The notes: a model not told the origin generated them from the letters alone. Numbered from the stretch's first letter, positions 1-11,020 are shown. The stretch is 18,941 nt of DNA from Ginkgo biloba (GCA_024626585.2 JANKJI020000004.1:142087560-142106500); one strand, 5' to 3'. Translations and numbers: made by a program.

Positions 1-1620
1 TCCTAAGGATGTGATGCCACTAGAAGAGGTGCAAATAAGTACACCTTTTTATTTTTGTGCTTCAACTGACTGTATAATGCACATTGGAAAATAAGAGATT
101 CCACTTGTCACTACATTCTTAGCCAATAAAATTCCTCTAAGATGATCTAAGGTCTTGGACACCTCAAAGTTTCCACTGTAAAGTGAGGAATATGCCTCAT
201 ATAAGAATTGTGCCTTGCTTGAACCATGTAATATACATAACTTACTCATCATGTATATAAAACCATCATTGAAGTGGTAATCTATATATGGCCCTTTATG
301 CACCTATAGAGGATGTTAAAGTATTGTTATAGTATCTTCAAAATAAAGGTATTTTGCATATAAATATCTCCACTCTAGTTAACCATGGCACTTGGTTTCT
401 ATGATGCTTATGAGAGTCACAATTGGTAATCGACTAAGGAAGTTTGTTATTTTATTTTGTATGCCCTTCTTATATTTGATCATTGTATGAAATTGTGTAA
501 GATAGGATAACTACTTCATATGGTGATGCTCCTAGATGTGGGTTTGAGACTTTAAAAACTATAATGGATGAGGATCTGTATGCACCATTATCTCCTTACT
601 TAATATATAGTGTCACTAGAACTTCATGGCTTGGAGAAGAGCATAAAGATGTTTGTCATATGTGGAGTAGTTAGCCTTAGTAGTAGAGAAAGTATAAAAA
701 TGGTAATCAACTGGGCTACGTCCCTACTTAAGTATGGATCCCAAATCATACTAAGAAGCATTAGTCTCTACCTCAAAAGAGAGAATCATGTTGGGAAGAA
801 CAAAAAATGGAGTAGAACAAACTAATTTCTCTAATCTATCAAAAACATATTGTTGTGTAGAAGTCCAGATGAAAGAATGAATGTTTGTAGTTTGTAGTAA
901 TTTCATAAAGTAGAATAAAAAGGAATAAATTCTCGATAAAATTAAATAAACTATAAAAGCTCCTAAGCTCATACAAAGATCTAAGAAGGGGGTAATATCT
1001 CAAAACCTATACCTCACTCAGATACATATGCACACCATCTTAATCCACAACAAAGCTCAAGTACTATACTAATATCTAACTAAANNNNNNNNNNNNNNNN
1101 NNNNNNNNNNNNAAATGCAAAGTTTCTCTTTCCAAGTTCTATTAAAAGAATATCATTAATATAAATAACCATAAACTTGTCTAAGAAAGAGTGGAGGATG
1201 TCATTCATCATCCTCATAAAGGTGGCAAGTGCAATAGTCAAGATAAATGGATTGACTGTCCAGTAAAAAATCCTAAAGCACATCTTGAATGTGGTCTTCC
1301 ATATATCTTCAAGTTTAACTCTGACTTAAGTATCCTAACTAAAGATTNNNNNNNNNNNNNNNNNTGTAAAAAAGCAAGCACCTTGCAAGTAGTTGATCAA
1401 ATCATCAATTTATGGCAATGGATAATTCATTTTTACCGCTATTTTATTCAAAACTCAATACTTTATATACATTCTCCAAGGATTGTCCTTCTTGGGGATA
1501 AGAAGGATAGGGGATTCACAAGGGATTGTATTAGGTTGGATATGCCCATTCTCTATCAACTGGTAGATTTGCCTTTTCAACTTGGTTAGCTCGAGAATAA
1601 ATGTATTATATATAGTCCCA
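1..1620 (-). mobile_element. Decayed Ty3/gypsy (CRM/chromovirus-like) pol: RT - RNase H - integrase zinc finger, running off the left edge
   Basis: Minus-strand translation across stops and frameshifts. RT: LKRQIYQLIENGHIQPNTIPCESPILLIPKKDNPWRM...LNKIAVKMNYPLP*IDDL...EDIWKTTFK...ALATFMRMMNDILHSFLDKFMVIYIND (YLDD equivalent). RNase H: FIWTSTQQYVFDRL...FEVETNAS*YDLGSIL...NYSTYDKHLYALLQAMK...HTDPHPL...IKYKKGIQNKITNFLSR. IN: EAYSSLYSGNFEVSKTL...FYWLRM...CALYSQ...LFAPLLVASHP. The RT-RH-IN order is gypsy. Confidence 0.92.
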
Positions 1621-1707
1621 TNNNNNNNNNNNNNNNNNNNNNNNNNNNNNNNNNNNNNNNNNNNNNNNNNNNNNNNNNNNNNNNNNNNNNNNNNNNNNNN
1701 NNNNNNN

Positions 1708-2412
1708 TGTAAGAATCCAATAATATAGTAAGATCATGATGCTACTACTACTACCTATCGATTGCATACTAGAAAAACATCTAGCTAATCCATCATATGG
1801 CCTAATGAGAAGGAGGTGAATGCTATAGCAAATTAACATGTACCTTATAACGAAAAATAATAATATTGCCATTCGTACAACATAGCAAAAGACATAACAT
1901 GGAGGTTATTTATGCATGCATAGAATAACAAAAAGAGATATAGCATAACACAAGATAAGAGATAAAATAAAAGATGAGATAATGGGTGGATGAAAATCTC
2001 ATTGAGTGGGATGATATTATGGAATGGATGTAATAATGCTCTCTCTTCTCATGTTAATCCATGAATCTCATGATGATCTTCAATATAGAAAATGCCATGA
2101 TAGAAACCCCCTTTTCCCTCTAACGGGGGGAGAAGGATAAAGGCACTATGATATCATAAGTAATGGAAGGCTCCCTCTTTTACCTTTGTATAAAAGGGAT
2201 ATTTATATGATATTAGAGACCATATGAGGCTAAATATAGGAAATTTGAATGCCATAATGTTAGTTAAGTGGTGTGCAAGTGGCCATAATGAAAATGGTAA
2301 TGCATATGAATAATGAAAAAGGATAAGAAGGTAAGCCTTATAGATGTATCATTATTAACTAAATAGCATAGGTGTAANNNNNNNNNNNNNNNNNNAAAAA
2401 AGGGTGATAATA
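1708..2412 (-). mobile_element. Probable LTR (Tat-like) nested between PR and RT of the gypsy element
   Basis: On the minus strand a PPT-like TTTGGGGGCA-TTA (2413-2425) precedes T(A)TTATCACCC (TG start decayed to TA). TATAAATA lies at ~2200-2207, and the visible block ends ...GGATTCTTACA at 1708. No second LTR copy or TSD is visible and the end abuts an N-run. Confidence 0.4.
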
Positions 2413-3829
2413 TAATGCCCCCAAAGATTGAGGTTTGCAATGGATACAATGAATGAAAGCTCATAAGTCTTTTGAAAGGATCCCTTTTTGTAAAGGAATC
2501 ATTACCAATGGATAACCACTAATGGTAGGGCTAAAATAAGTAGCAAAGGGAGTACGTGTTGCCCATGATATGAATTGATGTTGGTTGGAGAGAGAGATAG
2601 TTCTTATATGGTCTTGTGTATTTATCTTGACTTGAAAAAAAACTTTAAAAAGATGTGTCTATTTATTATTAAAGAATGCATAGTACTAGACATGTCCCAT
2701 ACTCACATCAAAAATATAATAAAGAAGCCACACAAATATGGACAAGTCCCATCTTTATGAGCATAATTTGATATAAATAAAAATGGAACTATGTAGCATA
2801 TAAATATTAACATTAATTGTAATGTATCATTTGAAAATATAATATCTATGCTAACTAACTATCTATGAGCTAAATGTGTTGTAGGAGTGAAAGCATATAT
2901 CAAGATCACTCAATACTTAAACCAATGGGAAATAAAAATTGTTGCAATGATGCAAATCAATGATCTATTGTTAAAAATATTAGATGAAGCATGATCTTAT
3001 TGAATTATACCCACACTAAATAAACCATGGAGTGCAAGGATGATATGGGTATCATCGCTAAGTGTATCTGACCATGATATCATATGAGCTATGAGCATCG
3101 AAATAAATAAAAGTGAAAAATAATGTCATTTAAAAATATAAGTCAGTAATTAAATACTAGAAATAAGGTGTAGACCTTCTACAAAGGGAACACTAGTGCC
3201 CCAATGTCCAAAACATAATAAGAAAATAAATACATAATGGAGTACAAAATTTGGGATATAATAAATTGTACTGATGAAGAATGATAAATAACACCATTAC
3301 GAACCTAACGAGAACATTACGGATGAAACGAGAAANNNNNNNNNNNNNNNNNNNNNNNNNNNNNNNNNNNNNNNNNNNNNNNNNNNNNNNNNNNNNNNNN
3401 NNNNNNNNNNNNNNNNNNNNNNNNNNNNNNNNNNNAGAGGACGCATTGATCTTCTAGGACAATCATATTATTTTATATTGGATCCCTTTAGATATTGTGT
3501 AGATATTAGTGGGTTCAACAAGTTAGTACATGCCATTTTCTTAGTCCACGTATGAAGGCACATACTTTTGGTGCTTTTCTATGAGTTATTGGGCTTTCAG
3601 GATTCATACCATGTATTTTTTATCCCAGTATGCGAAAGTGCACTATGATNNNNNNNNNNNNNNNNNNNNNNNNNNNNNNNNNNNNNNNNNNNCAAAAATA
3701 AAGTATGACCCTATAAAGGCGCATAAAGATATGGTATCATAGAAAACACTAAAATGAGAGAAGAAAAGACCATATAGAAGGACATAAAGTTAAAATTCCA
3801 TGATGAAATAAGAGTGAAGGCAATTACAG

Positions 3830-6277
3830 TATTGAGTACTCCCTTGGTTTAATACAAAATTATTTTCACTATGCAATTGAAGGTCATTTCTTCATCCTCC
3901 TACCAAGCGGGTACAACAACTATGTCGCTTATCACCTTATCAATGTGACCTTGAATGGAAAAATATACTATGCATAAGTATCCATCTTACTACATGCATC
4001 ACTAAAAGTAACCCAACTTAGGGTATATGGAGAATGATTCATCCATGTAGAAAGTTAAATATATTTTATAAGGTGAGAAGAAACAAGGTTCTTTATATCC
4101 CTATTGTTTAGTATAATTATCATTAGATGCTCCTTTACTTGTGCTACCGAATAAAAAGGTGCTCATGATTAGATAGAGAGATAGGAGTATTGTTCAATGC
4201 TAAATACCTATCTATATACATCTATCCCTAAGGCTTAACCACCTTCTTTTTGTTAGGTTGCATTAGAAGATTCTACTTTTTAAACCCCTTATTTTTGGGG
4301 TTAGAACAACATTCCTCCTTTGTATGCCCATAACACTATTGGTTCTCATAAAATTTAGTTTGGTCCACCACTTTATGATTCCTTCTCCCATTATCATGGT
4401 ACCTCTCTTCCTTAGAAGTAAAGGAAGAGAGTCGAATAAGAGCCCTTATTCTTCTTTGAGTTGTTAAATGAACTAAAGGACCCCTTTTGAAGGATGAGAT
4501 TTCTTCTTCAGCTTCTTCTCCACTCTAAGCTCACAATCTAAATCAAATCTAACTCCTACTAATAGGCTAAATAAAGTCCTCCAATAAATTTATGGGCTAA
4601 TGTGTCCTCATTACTGTCCATACTAAACTAAATAGCCAACTTGTGGATCTCATTAATATAACTTGAATAGTTTACCATGTTGATTGATGTACACGATGTC
4701 ATCACTTGATTAGTTTCTCCAAAATTATGTAAGGTAGAATTTCTCTTAGATATGTTGCNNNNNNNNNNNNNNNNNNNNNNNNNNNNNNNTCTTATCCCGT
4801 AAAGTGATAGGTATCTGACCTAAATTTACTCTCTGTAGGCAAAGAACATCCCACCATAAGAGAGCATGCTTAGTTATTTTAAGCTTTGTGAAGAGATAAT
4901 GTTATTCATCCTCATAACCCTATGTCTCAAAGCACACCTTTAAGTCTTAGATCTAGTAATTCACTTAATTGACATCTGTGGTCCCATCAAAAGGAACTAA
5001 CCCTATCTTCCTATCAATATTGATCAGACTTGGTAACTAGTTAAGAAGAAGCAACAGTAAAGGAACCCTAAATAGAAGAATTCTATTATATATTTTATAA
5101 CTATGCCTTAAGAAAAAAAAATTATTGCTTCAAAATCTTAATATCCTTGTAAGGAGTAGTATCCTATATGGAAGGTGCCTTATTCTTTATACAAGGTGAG
5201 AAGAAATAAGGTTCTTCATATTCCCATTGTTTAGTATAATTGTCAGATGCTCTTTTACTTGTGCCTATCGAACAAAAAGATGATCATGATTGGATAGAGA
5301 GATAGAAGTATTGGTCAATGCCAAAGACCTATTTATATACATCTATCGTTAAAGCTCAACCACCTTCTCTCTATCATGTTACATTAGAAGATTCTTCTTT
5401 TTTGACCCCTTATTTTTGGGGTTAGGACAACATTCCTCCTTTGTATGCCCATAACACTAGTGGTTCTCATAAAATATAGTTTGGTCCACTACTTTGCCAT
5501 TACTTCTCCCATTATCATGGTGCCTCTCTTCCTTCAAAGTAAAGGACGAGAAAGTAGAAGAAGAACCCTTATTCTTCTTTGAGTTATTAAATAAACTAAA
5601 GGATCCCTTTAAAGGATGATATATCTTCTTGAGCTTCTTCTCCATCTTAGGGGTATAGTTGTAAGCTTTATCTAAGCTCACAATCTAAATAAAATCTAAC
5701 TCCTACTAATAAGCCAATAGAGTCCTCTAATAAATTTGAGGGCTAATGTGTCCTCATTATTGTCCACACTAAACTAAATACTCAATTCGTGGAGCTCATC
5801 AATATAAATTGAATAGTTTACCCTATTGATTAATGCATGTATTGTCATCATTTGGTTAGTTACTCAAAAAGTTCATAAGGTAAAATTTCCCTTAGATATA
5901 CTACTCCATCTTATCCCATAAAATGACAGGTATCTAACCTAAAATTGCTCTCCCTAAGCAAAGAACATCCCACCATAAGAGAGCATACTTAGTGATTTTG
6001 AGCTTTATAAAGAAATAATGTTGTTCATCCTTATAATCCTACATCTCAAAGCACACCTTTAAGTCTTAGATTTAGGAATCCACTCTGTTAGCATCTATGG
6101 TCCCATTGAAAGGAACTAACTTTATCTTCCTATTAATCTCAATCATAGACCTAGTAATTAGTTGAGAAGAAGCAACAGTAAAAGAACCCCAAATTGGAGA
6201 ATTTCTACAATATAGCTTATAACTATAGCTTAAGAAAAATAATTTATTACTTCAAAATCTCAATATCCTTGTAAGGA
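3830..6277 (-). mobile_element. Decayed gypsy gag and aspartic protease (gag plus protease N-terminus present twice in tandem)
   Basis: Minus strand: KLVPFNGTIDANRVDS*I*DLKVCF...KLKITKYALLWWD...WDKME*YI*GKFY (gag ALxWW motif), degenerate zinc knuckle YENH*CYGHTKEEC, protease IILNNGNMKNLISSHLV (DSGSQKNLIS equivalent). Left of 4070 the protease continues HSPYTLSWV...FSIQGHIDKVISDIV. Same strand and correct order relative to pol at 1-1620. Confidence 0.85.
4070..6277. repeat. Tandem direct duplication of ~1.12 kb (4070-5155 and 5193-6277)
   Basis: Both copies begin AAGGTGAGAAGAAA and are collinear to AATATCCTTGTAAGGA. About 29 substitutions in the first ~215 bp by hand (~85% identity), mostly transitions. 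Copy 2 has ~25 extra bp at ~5645-5670. Confidence 0.97.
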
Positions 6278-7197
6278 NNNNNNNNNNNNNNNNNNNNNNN
6301 NNNNNNNNNNNNNNNNNNNNNNNNNNNNNNNNNNNNNNNNNNNNNNNNNNNNNNNNNNNNNNNNNNNNNNNNNNNNNNNNNNNNNNNNNNNNNNNNNNNN
6401 NNNNNNNNNNNNNNNNNNNNNNNNNNNNNNNNNNNNNNTAGAGGGTTGATTATTGAATAATAATCAATTAAGAGTAGAGATGAAGTGTAAAGTTGTAGGA
6501 GTCACCTAAATCAATGCTCGTTAGCTAATAAGACAAGTCCCTCAATTACTGGATGTTATAACAGTCATATGGAAGATCTGAGAATTCACTGTAACTAAGA
6601 AAATTCTAGTTTAGATAACAAATTGAAGTTTGGTTAAATACACACAAGGCACTATACCTTCTCTTAGTTGCATTGAGTGTTTTCATAGTTGCATCTCACC
6701 TTTGCTTGTTTATTGTCACACCTTTTTCTTGAAGCTATTCAAGACCTCAAAAAGGGAATATTTCATAATCTTCTACTGATCTAGCCACACATGTAAAGAA
6801 CCCAAGACATGATCCATGAAGACATCTAAGAGAATCTCAGAATCTACCTTGGATGCATGATGCTCTTAAGATTAAGAAAAATGTGTACCTTAGAACTAAT
6901 TAGAAATAAGATAATTAACTAAGTATCCCAATCTAATAAATAAATACTCACACAATAATTAATTGCTAACAAAGTATTTCATAAGGCCTTAATTACACAA
7001 TTATTACATAAATAAAGGTGAGTAACAAGAAAATAGAGTGATATGAAGTATAAAAATGTGTGCAAATATTGANNNNNNNNNNNNNNNNNNNNNNNNNNNN
7101 NNNNNNNNNNNNNNNNNNNNNNNNNNNNNNNNNNNNNNNNNNNNNNNNNNCTTGGAGGAGATCAAACCTGAAACAAGCTTGGTTAAGTAGAACTTAA

Positions 7198-7551
7198 CTT
7201 GTATGGGGAATAAATGTTAAGGAGAAGAAGAAGCTCTTCTATTTGGTTACTGATCCATGGGGGATTACCAACAAGTGCTCATTTAAGTAAATTAGGCATC
7301 CTTCCAAGGTGCCCCTTTTGCTAGGTAAAGGAGCTCTCGCTTCACCTGCTTTGGTCTTGTCCTAGTATCTACTCGATTTAGTCCAAGATCAAAGCCCTTA
7401 TTTCCTTTCATCTATATCATTCCTTGTCTTGGAATATGGTACTCATAGGTAATGTTTATATAATGGAACAAAGATTTTGGGGTACATGCATGTAATAAGA
7501 ATGGAAGTGCTTTGGGTAATTTAGAGGCTAAGGAATGAATTGGTCTTCTTT
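7198..7551 (+). mobile_element. L1-type LINE ORF2 C-terminal remnant (zf-RVT region)
   Basis: LVWGINVKEKKKLF / IWLLIHGGLPTSAHLSKLGILPRCPFC*VKELSLHLLWSCPSIYSI* ... VLWVI*RLRNELVF, matching the LPT...CxxC...E...HLxxxC...W...WxIWxxRN pattern of plant LINE ORF2. Confidence 0.8.
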
Positions 7552-8309
7552 ACCTCATAAACTCGGTGTAATGTGCTCTCTCACTTTCTTTTTACTTTCT
7601 ATGATGCTATCTAATTGGGGCTACAAGTAAGGATTGAGGTCATNNNNNNNNNNNNNNNNNNTTTTAAAATATATGGTAAAGAATATTCGATAGACCGATG
7701 TTGCTCTCATGGTAGAAGTGGCTAGACAAAATTGTATTCTAAATGCAAAACCTAATAGTACTCATGAGAAAATGGACCAAAACTTTTGTCAACATAATCA
7801 AACCTAGTTCTAGAATAAAAGTCAGTTAATTTATAAGAGCTCTCGACGTCTAGGTAGTGAAACCACTAAGCACTTCATTAGTTTGANNNNNNNNNNNNNN
7901 NCGGCGATTAACATAATGACCTCCTTGAGAGCTTCTTAGATAATAACGATTGACGGTAATTGAGTGATTCATTTAGTCATAGAAGAATAAGTATTATGGT
8001 GGGAGGCAATGGTGGAGGTTAGGTTAAGAGGTTAACCCTCTCTTTTTGTTAGCTTAGTGGTCTTTATTTTTTTGGATAATAATTGCACAACAAACCTTGC
8101 ACTATTGAAATTAAGAAGTCCACCAATGATGTACATACGTGTTTTTTTTGAAAAATCTCCTTAACNNNNNNNNNNNNNNNNNNNNNNNNNNNNNNNNNNN
8201 NNNNNNNNNNNNNNNATTGACCTAAAAAAATAAAGTAAAAACTATTCTCCTTTAAGGATAAAAAAGTGAATAACTACACAACATGAAGAAAATATATAAT
8301 AGGCACTCA

Positions 8310-9230
8310 TTGCCGATAGCATTAAAAGAGGTAATACATACCACACCTATACCTTCGCTTCAATTGTGAAGAGTGTGTAGACTTCGAAGGCTTTGAGACA
8401 CACAAGTAGCCACTATAACATGAAGGGGTAAGAAAACAAACTACTAACTCTGTCCTCCGAAGTCAATTCAATTGTTTGAAAAACTTCTAACGAGTACATA
8501 TACCTTGCCTCCATGTCTCCATGTTAAGAAACACTTGACATACGTTGGCCAACCATAACAAGAATCGTGCGAGTCGTATTCAATACTTTCTAATCGCATA
8601 ATCAAATGCCCATAATCTTATTAGATTTTGGTCGTACAAGGGATGAAATTGTGTTCACATCTAATAAATAATAGCAGCCATACTTCAGAGATTTAAAAAT
8701 AATAGTAGCCATACTTACAATAAATTTAAGAAGTGGTTAAATTAGTCATTGTTCGGCGCACTGATCCCAAATTGTACTTCATAGTAATGACTTCGAACCA
8801 TGGTTAATAATTGCGCGATTACACTTGGGGTGGTGGGAAAAACGATCCCAGGCCTCTGTATTTTGGTAGCGTTTGAGCATGTTGCGGAAATCCTGCCTAA
8901 TGTTCTGGTCGTGTATTCCAAGCGTTGAATTTGAACCACTGTGTATCGACTAGTGTGTTTTGGTCAGGTAATTTGCTCCAAGTATCCTTTCCATTGCATT
9001 TTCGATCACAATCTCGCATGAAAATCATCTGTTTCTGATGCTTTTGCTTGCAAGTTCACAGTTCCAAAAAAAATATGGCTAATACGTATTACATATTTAA
9101 CTCATATTGAAGGCGATATATGTTTAAGAGTACATGGCAATCCGACCTTGCAGGCCTATATATCGTAATGTGAAGTCACAGAAGTATTGGCACTTGACTA
9201 TATTTTGTAAAGATGGCTAACTTGTGACGA
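8310..9230 (+). promoter_or_regulatory. CpG-retaining island: putative promoter, 5'UTR exon and start of first intron of the WEE1-like gene
   Basis: Frequent CG dinucleotides (ATCGTGCGAGTCGT, TTCGGCGC, TGCGCGAT etc.) against strongly CG-depleted TE flanks. No TE motifs recognised. Lies directly upstream of the coding exon. TSS not determined. Confidence 0.55.
8666..8716. repeat. 20-bp motif duplicated with 31-bp period
   Basis: AAATAATAGCAGCCATACTT (8666) and AAATAATAGTAGCCATACTT (8697), one mismatch. Confidence 0.9.
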
Positions 9231-9457
9231 CCAAAGGAGCTGTCTCCTATTATATGCAAACAATTGTATAGCTTGGAGATTTGCATGTATTGGGATCCCC
9301 TAGTGTTGTTTCTCTAGTTTTCTTCACTTAGTGGTGGTGGACATAATTGTTTTAGGCAACCAATGTTAAGTTTTTTGGTGGCTCTTTTCGAATTTATGAA
9401 TTCTGAGACAGAAATGGGTTTTTTGGATTCTCCTTACTGAGTTGATCCATTGGCCAG
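8968..9457 (+). other. Putative 5'UTR intron (donor at 8968 or 8982, acceptor CCAG at 9457)
   Basis: CAG|GTAATT at 8968, GTATCCTTT at 8982, T-rich body, CTCCTTAC at 9430-9437 and CCAG|G 23 nt before the first in-frame ATG. Neither join puts an upstream ATG in frame without a stop. Confidence 0.5.
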
Positions 9458-9480
9458 GTTTGATTGAATTCTTTTACCCA

Positions 9481-9617
9481 ATGGATTGCTTTTCAACAAT
9501 GGAGTCGGCAATGCAGTCTGAAGACCGAATGGATGAAATCGGAGACACTGGAACAGTTCCTATGGTGGTTGCAGAGGAGTCAGAGTTAGAGCCCATCCTA
9601 AGCCAAGATTTTTTCTG
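9481..9617 (+). CDS. WEE1: First coding exon of a WEE1-like kinase (partial CDS; alternative start at 9499)
   Basis: MDCFSTMESAMQSEDRMDEIGDTGTVPMVVAEESELEPILSQDFF-TG|GTAATT. ILSQDFF matches the plant WEE1 motif ILSQDFFCTPDYITP, and the phase-2 donor leaves TG, which fits the Cys codon. ATG 9499 is in AACAATGG context. No stops or frameshifts, unlike the neighbouring TEs. The kinase domain is not in view. Confidence 0.78.
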
Positions 9618-10102
9618 GTAATTCTCAGCATCTTTCCAATCTATGCCTTCCNNNNNNNNNNNNNNNNNNNNNNNNNNNNNNNNNNNNNNNNNNNNNNNNN
9701 NNNNNNNNNNNNNNNNNNNNNNNNNNNNNNNNNNNNNNNNNNNNNNNNNNNNNNNNNNNNNNNNNNNNNNNNNNNNNNNNNNNNNNNNNNNNNNNNNNNN
9801 NNNNNNNNNNNNNNNNNNNNNNNNNNNNNNNNNNNNNNNNNNNNNNNNNCTAAAACATTTAAAGGATCAGGAGAAAATCATGTGCCCGGTAACACAAAGT
9901 AGGAAGATGGAGCTAAACAACTACTCTGCGGGAGGAAAGGGTCTGCCAATTCTGCAACAAAAGGCAAAGTAGAAGATGAACCAACGCACCTCACTAGAAC
10001 CTCCAGCCAAGAGGACAGGATGCAAGGACTGTAATCAATATGGTTACAGGGCAGTGAAGACATTTGTTCAACAGGATTTGGGAATAGAGGCTCATTGCAT
10101 AG

Positions 10103-10174
10103 AAGGATGGGTTAAGTAATTGTCATAACAAGAACAACAAGGATGGGTTATGTAATTGGCATAACAAAAATAAT
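10103..10174. repeat. 36-bp tandem duplication
   Basis: AAGGATGGGTTAAGTAATTGTCATAACAAGAACAAC followed by AAGGATGGGTTATGTAATTGGCATAACAAAAATAAT. Confidence 0.9.
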
Positions 10175-10219
10175 AGAGACAGATTTAACTACCATAGTAA
10201 CAACGAACAAAAGGGATGG

Positions 10220-11020
10220 GGCATCTTTTTAGTTCCAAAAAAAGTCAGTCATAGAAAGAAGACTGAGTTATGGCAACTTGTAGCATATTTGTTGGGGATA
10301 GTATAATCAACTAGAACCCAGAAATTACTATGGGAGATTCAAGGGTTGAGCATGGATCTAGAGAGTTGTAGATTCTAGAATCCACAGTTAAGCTTGGTAT
10401 CTGTGACCATCATCAAGTTTAAGGAATGTAACTCAACGTGTATGGAACCGGACTATGCAAGTAAATGTATAGGGCCTTATCATTATGCATACTGAAGCCA
10501 TAGTACCTAAAAAGAGGCTTTATTTCTGTGTGAAATTGGACTTTGTACCTGGGAAGTTAGGGCTGTATAGCTATCGATTTAAAAGCAAGTAGAAACTCAG
10601 ACAGATTGGCAGCTACAATGCTGTAGAGATGAATTTTGAGGGATGACACAAGGAGCTAGAATGATTAGGAAGATATCTTGGTTGAATCTGGGAAGTAGAA
10701 TAATTGACATCCACATAAAATGTAAATAGATAAAAATAAGTAAAAATCTTCTTTACGGAACTTGTGGGGCCTTTGTCATTAGGTAGTTATGGATGATGCC
10801 TTTTTTGGGGAGTCAGTGGTTATCAGGGTTTTGCTAAGGTCTAGTCTCAAGTTTCAAATGAGTTAAGCAAGTGGCAAGTCTTTGTTGTTGGATTTAGTCC
10901 AGTCGGGTGTATTATTGGGTTGGGCATTGGGAGAGTGGTTCTTTAAAGGTAAAAGAGGATTTATGATGGAAATTGGTTGGGGTTAGGGGTGCTTACAAAG
11001 TTCCATGGAAGTGGGTGGAC
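10220..11020 (+). mobile_element. Possible highly degraded LINE ORF2 fragments (endonuclease and post-RT region)
   Basis: Scattered, frame-broken motifs: RKKTELWQ, ITMGDS (GDFN-like), LGICDHHQV (SDH-like), QVSNELSKWQ, YKVPWKWV. The order fits LINE ORF2 with large deletions, but each match is weak. Confidence 0.35.

Noticed and set aside
1191-1589. 132-aa plus-strand ORF (also 610-825 and 12299-12499)
   Set aside because: Antisense shadows of decayed RT/RNase H frames.
2411-3263. Single plus-strand solo LTR bounded by TATAATGCCCC...GGGATATAATA
   Set aside because: No TSD seen; the minus-strand PPT plus LTR reading of 2400-2425 fits at least as well.
4070-6277. The 1.1-kb direct repeats as a pair of LTRs
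   Set aside because: They are adjacent, encode gag/protease and lack TG...CA ends, PBS and PPT.
8711-8720. ATACTTAC as the U1 snRNA 5' end
   Set aside because: Not followed by CTGG or any U1 body.
8340-9060. SOG1 site CTT(N7)AAG expected for a WEE1 promoter
   Set aside because: By eye only N8-spaced versions (8358, 9041) were found.
9866-9972. CAG|GAGAAAATCATGTGCCCG (EKIMCP) as the WEE1 ENIPCPKSP exon
   Set aside because: No SP motif, purine-rich acceptor region and an in-frame stop at 9970.
10445-10460. EPDYAS as WEE1 TPDYITP
   Set aside because: Only PDY matches and there is no acceptor AG in the right place.
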